Origin: Cytophagales bacterium
GTDB lineage: Bacteria; Bacteroidota; Bacteroidia; Cytophagales; Spirosomataceae
Reading direction: 5' to 3'
Assembly: GCA_038235275.1 (NCBI GenBank)
Contig: JBBSUC010000029.1
Location: 4,545-68,544, forward strand
DNA length: 64,000 nucleotides
A program made the position numbers and the translations under genes. The notes beneath the pieces are model-generated. The model worked only from the letters and a program-made list of their open reading frames with translations, did no database searches and had not been told where the DNA came from. Every line of letters begins with the position of its first letter. Within the stretch, counting starts at the first letter, position 1. This document shows positions 45,870-55,044 of the stretch, piece by piece.

Positions 45870-47126
45870 CTACCCCTTCACTAACTCTAATATAGTAATT
45901 TCTGGCAAAATTCCCACCCGACCAGGATAGCCGAGGTACCCGAAACCGCGATTCACGTACAAACGCTGCCCTTCTTCCTCGTACAATCCTGCCCATTCTT
46001 TATAGCGGTACTGCACCGGACTCCATTTGAAGCCCGGCACTTCTATCCCAAACTGCATCCCGTGGGTGTGGCCCGCGAGGGCGAGGTCGATGTCTTTGTA
46101 ATTGGGACGAACTTGCGCCTGCCAGTGGCTGGGGTCGTGCGAGAGCAGGATCTTGACCGGGTAATCCTCTGCCCCCCGGTAGGCTTTTTCAAGATCACCG
46201 TACTTAGCGAAGCCGCCCGCGCCCCAGTTTTGGATGCCGATCAGACCGATTTCGGCCCCGTCCACGCGGATAGGACGGTTTTCATCGAGCATCAGATTCC
46301 AGCCCATTTCTTTGTGGGCGGCGGCGAGGTCTTCGAGATTTTTGCGCTTGGCGGCGGCATTTTCGAAGGGCTGGTAGTCGCCGTAGTCGTGGTTGCCGAA
46401 AATGGAGTGAACGCCCAGCGGGGCTTTGACTTTACTGAACACATCGATGTAGTCTTTTACTTCGTAGGCGCGGTCGTTGACGAGGTCGCCGGTGAAGAAA
46501 GCGATATCGGGTTTTTCTTTGAGCAGCATGTCCACGCCGCCCTGCACCGCCGTTTTGTTGAAAAAACTACCCGAGTGTATGTCTGAGAGTTGCGCGATGC
46601 GGATGCCGTCGAACTCTTTGGGCAGATTTTTCAAAACCACCTTGACCCGGCGAATCCGGTAGTCGTGCGCTCCCGAAATGATGCCGTAGGCGAAAGTACC
46701 CAATAAACCACCGCCCGCGATGAGGGCGGTGGTGGACAAAAACTCCGAACGTGGGATGCGAGGCAGCGAAGGGTCGGCGGGCGCTGGGGCCACGGAGGGT
46801 ACAAACTGGCTGATGATCCATTGCAACAGGCGGCGAACGTCGTCGATGAGCAGGAAAAGTACGGCGAACAGTTTGGCGAAATAGGGAATGGCGATGCCCG
46901 CGAAGACAAAGTTGCGGACAGTTTTGTTGAAATAATCCGGCGGCAGGAGTTGCACGATGATATACGCGCCCAGCGTCAGAATGGAAAAACCCCAGTAAAC
47001 GCCCGTCACCCAGCGTTGGGTACTTTCGGAGGAAGTGCGGATGAGGGTGCGAACGGCTTGCCAGACGTACCAGTCGATGGCGAAGAAAATAAAGGTAAGT
47101 ATGAGAAAGAAAAAAGAGCGGTTCAT
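45870..47126 (-). CDS. membrane-anchored metallophosphoesterase (YkuE-like)
   Basis: N-terminal TM helices. Motifs DIHSG, GDLVND, GNHDY, GHTH. Start moved to Met MNRSFFFLILTF; the ORF extends upstream to 47261. Confidence 0.8.
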   Translation of the reverse strand: MNRSFFFLILTFIFFAIDWYVWQAVRTLIRTSSESTQRWVTGVYWGFSILTLGAYIIVQLLPPDYFNKTVRNFVFAGIAIPYFAKLFAVLFLLIDDVRRLLQWIISQFVPSVAPAPADPSLPRIPRSEFLSTTALIAGGGLLGTFAYGIISGAHDYRIRRVKVVLKNLPKEFDGIRIAQLSDIHSGSFFNKTAVQGGVDMLLKEKPDIAFFTGDLVNDRAYEVKDYIDVFSKVKAPLGVHSIFGNHDYGDYQPFENAAAKRKNLEDLAAAHKEMGWNLMLDENRPIRVDGAEIGLIGIQNWGAGGFAKYGDLEKAYRGAEDYPVKILLSHDPSHWQAQVRPNYKDIDLALAGHTHGMQFGIEVPGFKWSPVQYRYKEWAGLYEEEGQRLYVNRGFGYLGYPGRVGILPEITILELVKG

Positions 47127-47220
47127 TGAAATCAAAAAATGGATAGGATACACCGGAATTTCGGCACGTTTCTGTAAACGCGGGAATCTTTTTTCTTGTT
47201 CAGTTGGTTGATTCTGTCTT

Positions 47221-47463
47221 TTGCAAAAACCACCGACCGATATGCCTACCTTCGATTTCAAACGCTACCATATCCGCTCAAGCAATGCTGCCTCCGGCGA
47301 AGAACGCGCCGCCATCAATCAGGAACTGAAAGACTTGTACGCGTCGCTTTCGGCGGAGAATCAAAAGGATTTTAACGAGCAGTTGCAGAAATTCCTGTCG
47401 GCCGAACGAGCGCGGCTAAAAAGCGATATGAATGCGATAAAAGGGCTGGATAACGCCAATTGA
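47221..47463 (+). CDS. hypothetical small protein
   Basis: 80-aa ORF with plausible composition and helical sequence (NQELKDLYASLSAENQKDFNEQLQKFL). No homology recognised. Confidence 0.3.
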   Translation: MQKPPTDMPTFDFKRYHIRSSNAASGEERAAINQELKDLYASLSAENQKDFNEQLQKFLSAERARLKSDMNAIKGLDNAN

Positions 47464-47535
47464 TTAATTGACGGGGAGACAATTTCAACAAAATTTTGAT
47501 TTCGCATGACGCAGACCGAATCAGGATTTGGAAAA

Positions 47536-48549
47536 TCACTGCTCATAAACTGCCAAAGCCTCCTTCATCCGCCTTTTAATAATTTGTCGGAGCTTCTCAG
47601 GCTCCAGTACGGTCACGCCTTCGCCAAAGCCGAGTATTTCTTTTTCAAGCTCGAAGTTATGCTGCACTTTCAGCTTAATGACCATGCCGTCGGGACCACG
47701 CTCCACGACCTGCTGCGAAGGGTGGAGCGGCTTGGTTTCGACGTAGGGCGCATGAAGCGCGGTGACGAATAACTTCACTTTGATGGGCCGCAAATTCCCA
47801 CTCACCGTAACCCCAATGACATCGCGATAATACAGTTCAGGATCAATTAGTTGATTGGGAATGTACTCGACGTCGGGCGCGGGTTTGAGGGCCATGATTC
47901 TGTCCAGGGCCAGATTTGTAACGTTCCGCTGGTCGGTGCGAACGCCCACCGCGAACCAGCGGTTTTTGAATTCTTTCAGCCACCAGACGTGAAACGTAAA
48001 CGTCTGCGAGTTGCGGGCCGAAAAAGACTGATACGTTAATTGAATCGCTTTCTTCTGAACCACGGCCTGGTACAGGTCGTCCAGGAAGTGCAGCCCTTTC
48101 AGGTTATCGTTTTTCTCAAAATCAATCACCGGAGCCACCTTTCGGGCCGACGAAAAAACGTGGTCTTCCAGCTTCTGCACCACTTCATTGAGGGCTGTAA
48201 AGTGCGAAAAACTCTTGAACTGTTTCAAAACCTCCACCGCTTCGTTCATCCGCGCCAAGTCGCCGTCCGAGAGCGGAATGTTGGTGATGCTGTAATTGGG
48301 ATCTTCGTAGGTGTAGTACTTCTTCTCCCGGATGATGATGGGCGCAAAATACCCCAGCTTGTCGCTCCGCATCATCTGCAAATCGGCCTGCACCGTGCGG
48401 CGGCTAATGCCTTTGTCGATGCCCTCGTATTCGTAGAGCGATTCCGAAACCTTTTCCATCAGATCTTCGAGCGTCCAGTTGCGCTGCCGGTTGCGCAGAC
48501 AGGCGTCGATGGTTTTGTAGCGGACGAGGGCGTTGCGGTTGGCGGGCAT
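47536..48549 (-). CDS. WYL-domain transcriptional regulator (HTH-WYL-C-terminal extension)
   Basis: N-terminal HTH (LVRYKTIDACLRNRQRNWTLEDLMEKV...ISRRTVQADLQMMR). Central WYL-type domain (FTFHVWWLKEFKNRWFAVG). Start moved to Met MPANRN; the ORF extends upstream to 48648. Confidence 0.75.
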   Translation of the reverse strand: MPANRNALVRYKTIDACLRNRQRNWTLEDLMEKVSESLYEYEGIDKGISRRTVQADLQMMRSDKLGYFAPIIIREKKYYTYEDPNYSITNIPLSDGDLARMNEAVEVLKQFKSFSHFTALNEVVQKLEDHVFSSARKVAPVIDFEKNDNLKGLHFLDDLYQAVVQKKAIQLTYQSFSARNSQTFTFHVWWLKEFKNRWFAVGVRTDQRNVTNLALDRIMALKPAPDVEYIPNQLIDPELYYRDVIGVTVSGNLRPIKVKLFVTALHAPYVETKPLHPSQQVVERGPDGMVIKLKVQHNFELEKEILGFGEGVTVLEPEKLRQIIKRRMKEALAVYEQ

Positions 48550-48783
48550 GAGCAGGAAAGAAAAAATATTTTCAGAAAAATAGAAAGTTTTTTCATCTGC
48601 GCAAAAACACTGCGCACTAGCCACTAACCTTTGTAGCGACGAAAGCAACGTAGTCGAACCTGATGCGGGTTTCTTTATAGCCCCATAGTGTCGGTAGTCG
48701 CTGACTGCCGATATGCTGTCGGCTGCGCCCTGTTTTTCGTCATTTGATCTGTCGGTCAGAGGTTCAATTCCTCTTCCTGCTTC

Positions 48784-48840
48784 GGCAGGATAGCTCAGTG
48801 GTTAGAGCAACAGTAAATGCGGGTTCGAGTCCTGCTACCA
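48784..48840 (+). ncRNA. truncated tRNA-like element (acceptor stem + D-arm + T-loop-like segment, no anticodon arm)
   Basis: GGCAGGA-TA-GCTCAGTGGTTAGAGC gives perfect tRNA 5' acceptor and D-arm consensus. The 3' TCCTGCT-A-CCA pairs with the 5' acceptor, and GGTTCGAGTCC is the T-loop consensus. Only ~20 nt separate D-arm and 3' acceptor, so total length is ~57 nt. Confidence 0.4.
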
Positions 48841-49183
48841 CCCGAAAGGGTGGTCCGTTGGTGGAAGGCGAAGCAGACCACTTCATAAAAAAGGTCACCT
48901 TGAAAAACCAGTAGAGACGCTGCCCCGTGAACTATTCGGCTTGCCGGATACGCCACAATTGAGTCGATGCCAGCGGGCAGACCAGGGGACAGCCGGGCCG
49001 GAAGGCCGCTTCTGGAAGAGCATTCAGTATTGATTCTGCCAACGATTTCCCTGTTGGCACCCGGTGCTGAACCCTTTTTCCGAACCGCCTTCCCGAAGGT
49101 CGTCGCCACCTGCCTCCGCGTGGGCTGAATGGGTAGCGGCTCGCTGGTTTATATTTAGCAACCACTTTTTATCAAAAATAACC

Positions 49184-50290
49184 ATGAAAACCGTACGCAT
49201 CCAGACCCAGGAAATTGGATTGTTATTCAAGAACGGCGATTTCCACAAAGTACTTACACCCGGCAAGCACTGGATTTGGCCCAACGAAACGCTGTATTTC
49301 TACAAGCGCAGGGATTTGCTGCAAAACCCACCCCGTGATTTGACGATACTGCTTTCGTATCCCGAAATCGCCGCCGAACTGGATGTGGTCGAAGTAAAAG
49401 ATAACGAAATTGCGATACAGTACGAAGACAACCTGTTCCGGGCCGTGCTGCCTAAAGGGCGCTGGGCCTACTGGAAAGGCGTGAAAAACTACCATTACCA
49501 GATTCTGGACATCACGCAACTGGCGATTCCGGCGGAAGTTGATTTAGCCTCGCTGATGCCGCAGCCCCTGGGTGCCTACGTGCGGACGACAACCGTCGAA
49601 GGCCACGAAAAAGGTACACTGTTCATCGACTGGAAATTCGAGAGCGTGCTGGAACCCGGCGTCTATCACTGGTGGAAAAACAACACGCCCGTCCACGTGC
49701 TGAAAGTGGACACGCGCCGCCAGCAAATGGAAATTTCGGGCCAGGAAATTTTGACTAAGGACAAAGCCACCATTCGGCTAAGCTTCTACGTGCAGTACCA
49801 CGTTCGGGATGTGATCAAGGCGTTGGTCGAAAACAAAGACTACGACAAGCAACTGTACGTACAAATGCAGTTGGCCCTGCGGGCCTACATCGGCGGCTTG
49901 ACGCTGGACGAGTTGTTGGATAAGAAAGCTGACATGACGGATGCCATCCTGCAAGCTACGGCTGCAAAAGCCGGAGAACTGGGCGTCGAGTTGAGCGGTG
50001 GCGGGGTGCGCGACATCATCCTGCCGGGCGATATGCGCGACATCATGAACCAGGTGTTGACGGCCGAAAAGAAAGCCCAGGCCAACATCATCATGCGTCG
50101 GGAAGAAACCGCCTCGACCCGCAGCTTGTTGAACACGGCCAAGCTGATGGAGGATAACGAGATGCTGTGGAAATTGAAAGAAATGGAGTACGTCGAGAAA
50201 ATCGCCGAAAAAATGAACACCATTTCCGTCTCCGGCAGCGGTCAAGTCATTGACCAGTTGAAGCAGATTTTTGTTTCTTCTAAAAATTGA
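49184..50290 (+). CDS. SPFH/band-7 domain protein
   Basis: 368 aa from MKTVRIQTQEIGLLFKNGDF. The SPFH core is followed by a coiled-coil region (AEKKAQANIIMRREETAS...). Upstream part of the ORF (49064..49183) rejected. Confidence 0.8.
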   Translation: MKTVRIQTQEIGLLFKNGDFHKVLTPGKHWIWPNETLYFYKRRDLLQNPPRDLTILLSYPEIAAELDVVEVKDNEIAIQYEDNLFRAVLPKGRWAYWKGVKNYHYQILDITQLAIPAEVDLASLMPQPLGAYVRTTTVEGHEKGTLFIDWKFESVLEPGVYHWWKNNTPVHVLKVDTRRQQMEISGQEILTKDKATIRLSFYVQYHVRDVIKALVENKDYDKQLYVQMQLALRAYIGGLTLDELLDKKADMTDAILQATAAKAGELGVELSGGGVRDIILPGDMRDIMNQVLTAEKKAQANIIMRREETASTRSLLNTAKLMEDNEMLWKLKEMEYVEKIAEKMNTISVSGSGQVIDQLKQIFVSSKN

Positions 50291-50394
50291 ACCCCACCGT
50301 AATGAACTCCCCCCTCTCCCCTTTTCAGGAGAGGGGGTCAGGGGGTGAGGTGAAAACGAACACGATACATTTGAATTAGTAAACAATCCCAATC

Positions 50395-51930
50395 ATGGAA
50401 ACTGACTTGATTACCATCGAAGACATTTTGGTGCTTGCTCCCATCCCCACCGACCTGCACACGCCTTTCCTGCGGGTGGCCAATGGCTTGACGCAGCGGG
50501 CCAAATATCCCAAAGAAAAAGTTCTGGGCTTGCTGGCGCAGATGTTCCAAAACCCAAAAAAATACGCCTACTCCAAAAACAAGGTCACCAATCTGGCCCG
50601 CACCATTTACGCCCTCAACAAGCAAGGCATCTCCGTCCCGTTGAGCGAAGCCGGGGCTGCTTACCTGCTGCCAGAACCGACGCCCTACGCCATTCAGGCC
50701 GAGGGAAAGCAGCAGGCCACGGCCTTCGACCTGCGAACGGAGCGGCTGCCCTACGCTATTTTTGGTCGCGAACACATCGAAGACGGCGCCTTGCAGCAAA
50801 TGGAAACCGCCGCCAGTCTACCCATTGCGGTGGCCGGGGCGCTCATGCCTGACGCGCATCAGGGCTACGGCCTGCCCATCGGTGGGGTACTGGCCACGGA
50901 GCCGAACACCATCATTCCGTTTGCCGTCGGTGTCGATATCGCCTGCCGAATGTGCCTGTCGGTTTTTGACCTGCCGCCGGATTACTTGAAGCGCGAGCCG
51001 CATTTGCTCAAAAAGACTTTGGTCGAAAAAACCAAATTCGGGATGGGCGGCGAAGTGCGCGAGAAGTTCGACGAGAGCGTCATGGACTTGCCTGAGTGGC
51101 AGGCGACCAAGGTCATTCGCGATCTGAAAGACAAGGCATACCGGCAATTGGGAACGTCCGGTACGGGCAATCACTTCGCGGAGTGGGGCATCATGGACGT
51201 GTACGCCCAAGACGAAGCCAACGGCCTCGACCTGCCGCCGGGCCAATACATGGCGCTGCTGACGCATTCGGGTTCGCGGGGTTTTGGCGGGACGGTGGCG
51301 AATTATTACTCCAAACTCGCCATGCAGAAAACCCGCCTGCCCAAACAAGCCGCGCACCTGGCCTGGCTCGACCTGAACACCGAAGAAGGGCAGGAATACT
51401 GGATTGCCATGAACCTGGCGGGCGAATACGCCTCGGCCAATCACCACGAAATCCATAATAAAATAGCCAAAGCCCTGCGCGAAAAACCACAGCTGATGAT
51501 TGAAAACCATCATAACTTCGCCTGGAAAGAGCAACTGGCCGACGGCCGCGAGGTGATGGTGCACCGCAAGGGTGCTACCCCCGCCGGACCCGGCGTGCTG
51601 GGCATCATTCCGGGTTCGATGACCAAACCCGGCTTCGTGGTGCGGGGTCGCGGCCACGCCGATTCCATTAATTCGGCTTCGCACGGGGCCGGGCGGCTGA
51701 TGTCGCGGACGAAAGCCCTCAACAGCATCACGCAGTCGCAGTTGAACAAGGCGTTGCAGGAAGCCGACATTCAGCTCATCGGCGGTGATCTGGACGAGGC
51801 CCCGATGGTGTACAAAGACATCGACACCGTCATTGACGCCCAGCGCGAATTGGTGGAGGTACTGGCGAAGTTTACGCCGAAAATTGTGAGGATGGCGGAT
51901 GCTAATCGGAAGGAGGGGCGGGAGGATTGA
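50395..51930 (+). CDS. rtcB: RtcB-family RNA ligase with ~110-aa N-terminal extension
   Basis: Metal-binding MPDAHQGYGLPIGGV, GTSGTGNHF, HSGSRGFG, and the C-terminal NHHNFAW motif characteristic of RtcB. At 511 aa it is longer than the ~400-aa canonical enzyme. Confidence 0.85.
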   Translation: METDLITIEDILVLAPIPTDLHTPFLRVANGLTQRAKYPKEKVLGLLAQMFQNPKKYAYSKNKVTNLARTIYALNKQGISVPLSEAGAAYLLPEPTPYAIQAEGKQQATAFDLRTERLPYAIFGREHIEDGALQQMETAASLPIAVAGALMPDAHQGYGLPIGGVLATEPNTIIPFAVGVDIACRMCLSVFDLPPDYLKREPHLLKKTLVEKTKFGMGGEVREKFDESVMDLPEWQATKVIRDLKDKAYRQLGTSGTGNHFAEWGIMDVYAQDEANGLDLPPGQYMALLTHSGSRGFGGTVANYYSKLAMQKTRLPKQAAHLAWLDLNTEEGQEYWIAMNLAGEYASANHHEIHNKIAKALREKPQLMIENHHNFAWKEQLADGREVMVHRKGATPAGPGVLGIIPGSMTKPGFVVRGRGHADSINSASHGAGRLMSRTKALNSITQSQLNKALQEADIQLIGGDLDEAPMVYKDIDTVIDAQRELVEVLAKFTPKIVRMADANRKEGRED

Positions 51931-51968
51931 GTTTACAGGCGCATTGTGGCGGGGAGTGGGGAAAAACT

Positions 51969-52853
51969 CTACCTCTCGTTGAGTTTTCGTTTTAGTTCTT
52001 CGATTTCCTTTTGAGCGTCGGTCAGTGCTGATTTGGTGTCCGTTAATTCGGATTTGGTTTCTGTCAATTCCGATTCTGCCTCCGACAGTTTTGCTTTCAG
52101 TTTTCCAGCCCGCTCATCGAACATCGCCTCGACGCTCCGCCAGGCTTCTTGCTCGGTTTCGATTCTTCGCTTTTCTTCCGGGTCAGTTCCGGTATGGTGC
52201 AAGAGGTCGGTCATAATTTTCACTTCTTCAAGGTCAGCGTCGTGGTTGAACTGCTTGATGATCTGAGCATTATCAACGAAGTTCCCCTGTTCGAAGACAC
52301 TCAGCAGTTTATCGAGCCGGGTTTGGTACTTCGACTCGATCCTCGGCAACTGAATCACAAAACAGTCGTGGGTCAGTCTTTCGATGAATTCGCTCTTTTT
52401 CTCGATGATTTGGTCGGCGATCATATCCATGTATTGCCGCTGTACCCGTACCGCCGAGGTTTCGATTTCGGGCAGTGTGAAACCGAGCAGATAGATCGTT
52501 ACGATGGGCAGCGGCTCTTTCTTTTTCCCGGTTGAGGTCTCCACCTCGTCCTCCTTTTTGTACTGCTCAGCCAGGTAGTTGCGGAAACGCATGAGGTCGA
52601 TCTGATTCTTGGCCTTCTGAATCTCGATCAGCACTTTCTTGAATTCCCCGTCCTGGTTTTTGATCGTGGCGATGAAGTCCAGGCGAAAGACCGCCAACCC
52701 GGCCATTTGGTCGGTATAAGTAAATTCCTGCGGCTTTACCTGTACGTGTTCAATAGTCTCGTCCAGCAGCGTACCGATGAAGAATTTCGCAATGCGCTCG
52801 TCTTCCATGAGCCGCTTGAAGACTACGTCGTAGATGGGGTTGGCGATGATCAT
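51969..52853 (-). CDS. PD-(D/E)xK nuclease family (Rpn/YhgA-like putative recombination-promoting nuclease/transposase) with C-terminal coiled coil
   Basis: N-terminal NPIYDVVFKRLMEDERIAKFFIGTLLDETIEHV resembles the Rpn-family N-terminus. Acidic/basic core (FRLDFIA...VLIEIQKAK). C-terminal heptad-like LSEAESELTETKSELTDTKSALTDAQKEIEELKRKL. Confidence 0.45.
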   Translation of the reverse strand: MIIANPIYDVVFKRLMEDERIAKFFIGTLLDETIEHVQVKPQEFTYTDQMAGLAVFRLDFIATIKNQDGEFKKVLIEIQKAKNQIDLMRFRNYLAEQYKKEDEVETSTGKKKEPLPIVTIYLLGFTLPEIETSAVRVQRQYMDMIADQIIEKKSEFIERLTHDCFVIQLPRIESKYQTRLDKLLSVFEQGNFVDNAQIIKQFNHDADLEEVKIMTDLLHHTGTDPEEKRRIETEQEAWRSVEAMFDERAGKLKAKLSEAESELTETKSELTDTKSALTDAQKEIEELKRKLNER

Positions 52854-53281
52854 GAGCGGCGGGGTGAGTTTTTGGTAAAGTTAGGGAATAGTTGGGGATG
52901 TGTAATGGTGCCATTGCTGACGTGCGTTGGGTGAACACGGCCCGCTCCTACCTGGGTCTGGTCTCTTCGGCCTGGCAGTTCTCACGCCGTTGTGCGCTCT
53001 CATGGAGTGAAAGTTTCGTTCCTTGTTTGCAAATCGCGAACAAAGAACAGACTAGCGTCCTAGCGACTTGGGATTGTTCAGATGGTTGGTACGAATTGAA
53101 AGGAAGGGAAGATTGAGAATACTTAGTGGCTTCGGCCTTCGTCGCGTTGCAAACGCGAGGTGATGCAACGCCCGATTGTAAATCGGGGTTAGCGGGGGAG
53201 ATACATACATAAACGGCTGGTGCTAAATCAAAAAAAAGTCGCCAAATTGTGACCCACTACACAGAATGAACACGTAAGCGT

Positions 53282-54094
53282 ATGCCAACTCCCTATCTTA
53301 GATGGACTGGATCGAAAAGATGGCTAATAAAAGATCACATAAAAGATTATCTACCAGTAAGTTTTAATAATTATCATGAACCATTCCTAGGGGGAGGGGC
53401 TATGTTTTTCTATTTAATAACAAACAACCCCAATAGTATTAAGAAATTTAATCTTTCCGATGTAAATGAGGAGTTGATCAACTGCTACATTCAGGTACGC
53501 GATAAGCCGAAAGATTTAGTTAACACGTTAAAATCTTTCAACAATACTAAACAGCACTACTACTACATTAGAGATAAAATGTTTAGAGATGATATTAGTA
53601 GGGCTGCGAGATTTATTTTTCTAAACCGTACTTCCTTCAATGGTATTTATCGTGTTAATAATCAAGGAAAGTATAATGTACCTTACGGATATAGACAAAA
53701 AGTTGATTTTGTTACTGAGGACCTAATTCTTTCTGTTAGCAACTCATTAAAGTCAGTTGAGTTAAATTGTCGGAGTTTTGAAGAATCCATAGAACAAATC
53801 CAAAGAAAAGACCTTGTTTTTATTGATCCACCTTATACAGTAGCGCATGAAAATAATGGATTTATAGAGTATAACCAAAAATTATTTTCTTGGGAAGATC
53901 AGATAAGACTCCGAGATTTTATTGAAAAAGTTAAATTGAAGGGAGCACATTTTATTCTCACTAATGCTAGTCATCCATCAATTTCAGAATTATACGCTGG
54001 TATTGGTGCGTCTAAAACATTAAGTCGTATATGTAAAGTTGGCGGCAGAAACAAGACTCGTGGAGATTTCAATGAACTATTAATATATGGTTAA
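53282..54094 (+). CDS. Dam-family (alpha-class) DNA N6-adenine methyltransferase
   Basis: N-terminal YLRWTGSKRWL (Dam RxxKWAGGK-like SAM motif). FLGGGAM. Catalytic DPPY in FIDPPYTVAH. AT-rich coding sequence. Confidence 0.85.
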   Translation: MPTPYLRWTGSKRWLIKDHIKDYLPVSFNNYHEPFLGGGAMFFYLITNNPNSIKKFNLSDVNEELINCYIQVRDKPKDLVNTLKSFNNTKQHYYYIRDKMFRDDISRAARFIFLNRTSFNGIYRVNNQGKYNVPYGYRQKVDFVTEDLILSVSNSLKSVELNCRSFEESIEQIQRKDLVFIDPPYTVAHENNGFIEYNQKLFSWEDQIRLRDFIEKVKLKGAHFILTNASHPSISELYAGIGASKTLSRICKVGGRNKTRGDFNELLIYG

Positions 54095-55044
54095 AATTTT
54101 ACCTTGTTCTTTAAATAAAGAATTTTATTACAGACTATTTGGCCAGAAGGTTGAATATTGATAGAAGGATTTTTAGGTTGCTTCAAATATAAACAGGTTA
54201 CAGATTCGAATCTTTGGCTTATGAGAATTGAAGCAATTGTAAAAATTTTGGGCCCAAGAGACAAAAATAAGATATCCCTTTTGTAGATATTATTACTCAC
54301 AATCTCGGCATAAGTTCTGAAAATATATTCAAGATCTTGAATTGGGCATTTGACCCAATGGTTTATATCCCCCTTCAATATAGTTTTAATGTCACTCATA
54401 TTATTTGGTGAATAGTTTGGATCCAAAGAACTCGCAATAATTCCCAACGTAGAGTTCGGTTCGATATCCTCTATCACGGCCTTGACCAGATATGGAGAAT
54501 ATCCCACGCCTAATACTAATAAGGTACGAACATTTGCACTCAAAGACCCTTCATGAGAAGGAAGTGAACTAATTTCGCTATATGTGTAGTCTAGGAATTT
54601 TGCCTTCTCGTATATCCCAATCGAATAAGTTAAGTATACTTCAATGTCCTTTTCTTGTTGAAAACGAAGAAAATTTAGAATACCAGAATACCATAGTCGT
54701 GCCATTGAGGTGTAGTCAACTAAAATACGAACGGTAGCAGTATCATCGAGTTTCGTAAAGATAGTAATCAACTCACTGTAAATACCCTTTTCCTCTGCGG
54801 AAGAAATTAGCACTGCCTTGGAGCCCTTTTCTGAATAGAATAAATCATTTTGCTTTCTAACAGGGTTGTGTTCAAACTCCTTAAAACCTAAGACTAATGG
54901 ATAATGAATTTGCTCAAAATCAATACTTTTTGCGACAAAAGTGGCGCGACTTTCATAACCTGACGCAAATATTCCAATATCGAAAGCAATATCTTTAATT
55001 TCAGATATTGCTATGTTACGTACGCTAATAAGATTAAGCATCAA
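54091..55044 (-). CDS. hypothetical protein, third gene of phosphoesterase-ATPase operon
   Basis: 317 aa. Its start overlaps the ATPase stop by 11 nt. AT-rich. No motif recognised. Confidence 0.5.
   Translation of the reverse strand: MMLNLISVRNIAISEIKDIAFDIGIFASGYESRATFVAKSIDFEQIHYPLVLGFKEFEHNPVRKQNDLFYSEKGSKAVLISSAEEKGIYSELITIFTKLDDTATVRILVDYTSMARLWYSGILNFLRFQQEKDIEVYLTYSIGIYEKAKFLDYTYSEISSLPSHEGSLSANVRTLLVLGVGYSPYLVKAVIEDIEPNSTLGIIASSLDPNYSPNNMSDIKTILKGDINHWVKCPIQDLEYIFRTYAEIVSNNIYKRDILFLSLGPKIFTIASILISQRFESVTCLYLKQPKNPSINIQPSGQIVCNKILYLKNKVKF

Noticed and set aside
48784-48840. Calling the element a functional canonical tRNA gene
   Set aside because: The acceptor, D-arm and T-loop consensus are present, but the sequence is ~57 nt and no anticodon stem-loop can be formed. 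It is reported as a tRNA-like remnant or mimic instead.
48795-49284. Minus-strand ORFs (104, 77, 86 aa) in the WYL-SPFH intergenic region
   Set aside because: They are low-complexity, overlap the tRNA-like element and the SPFH start, and lack signals. The region is better explained as promoter/ncRNA DNA.
50818-51684. 288-aa minus-strand ORF opposite rtcB
   Set aside because: It is a shadow ORF. The rtcB frame carries all conserved RtcB motifs.
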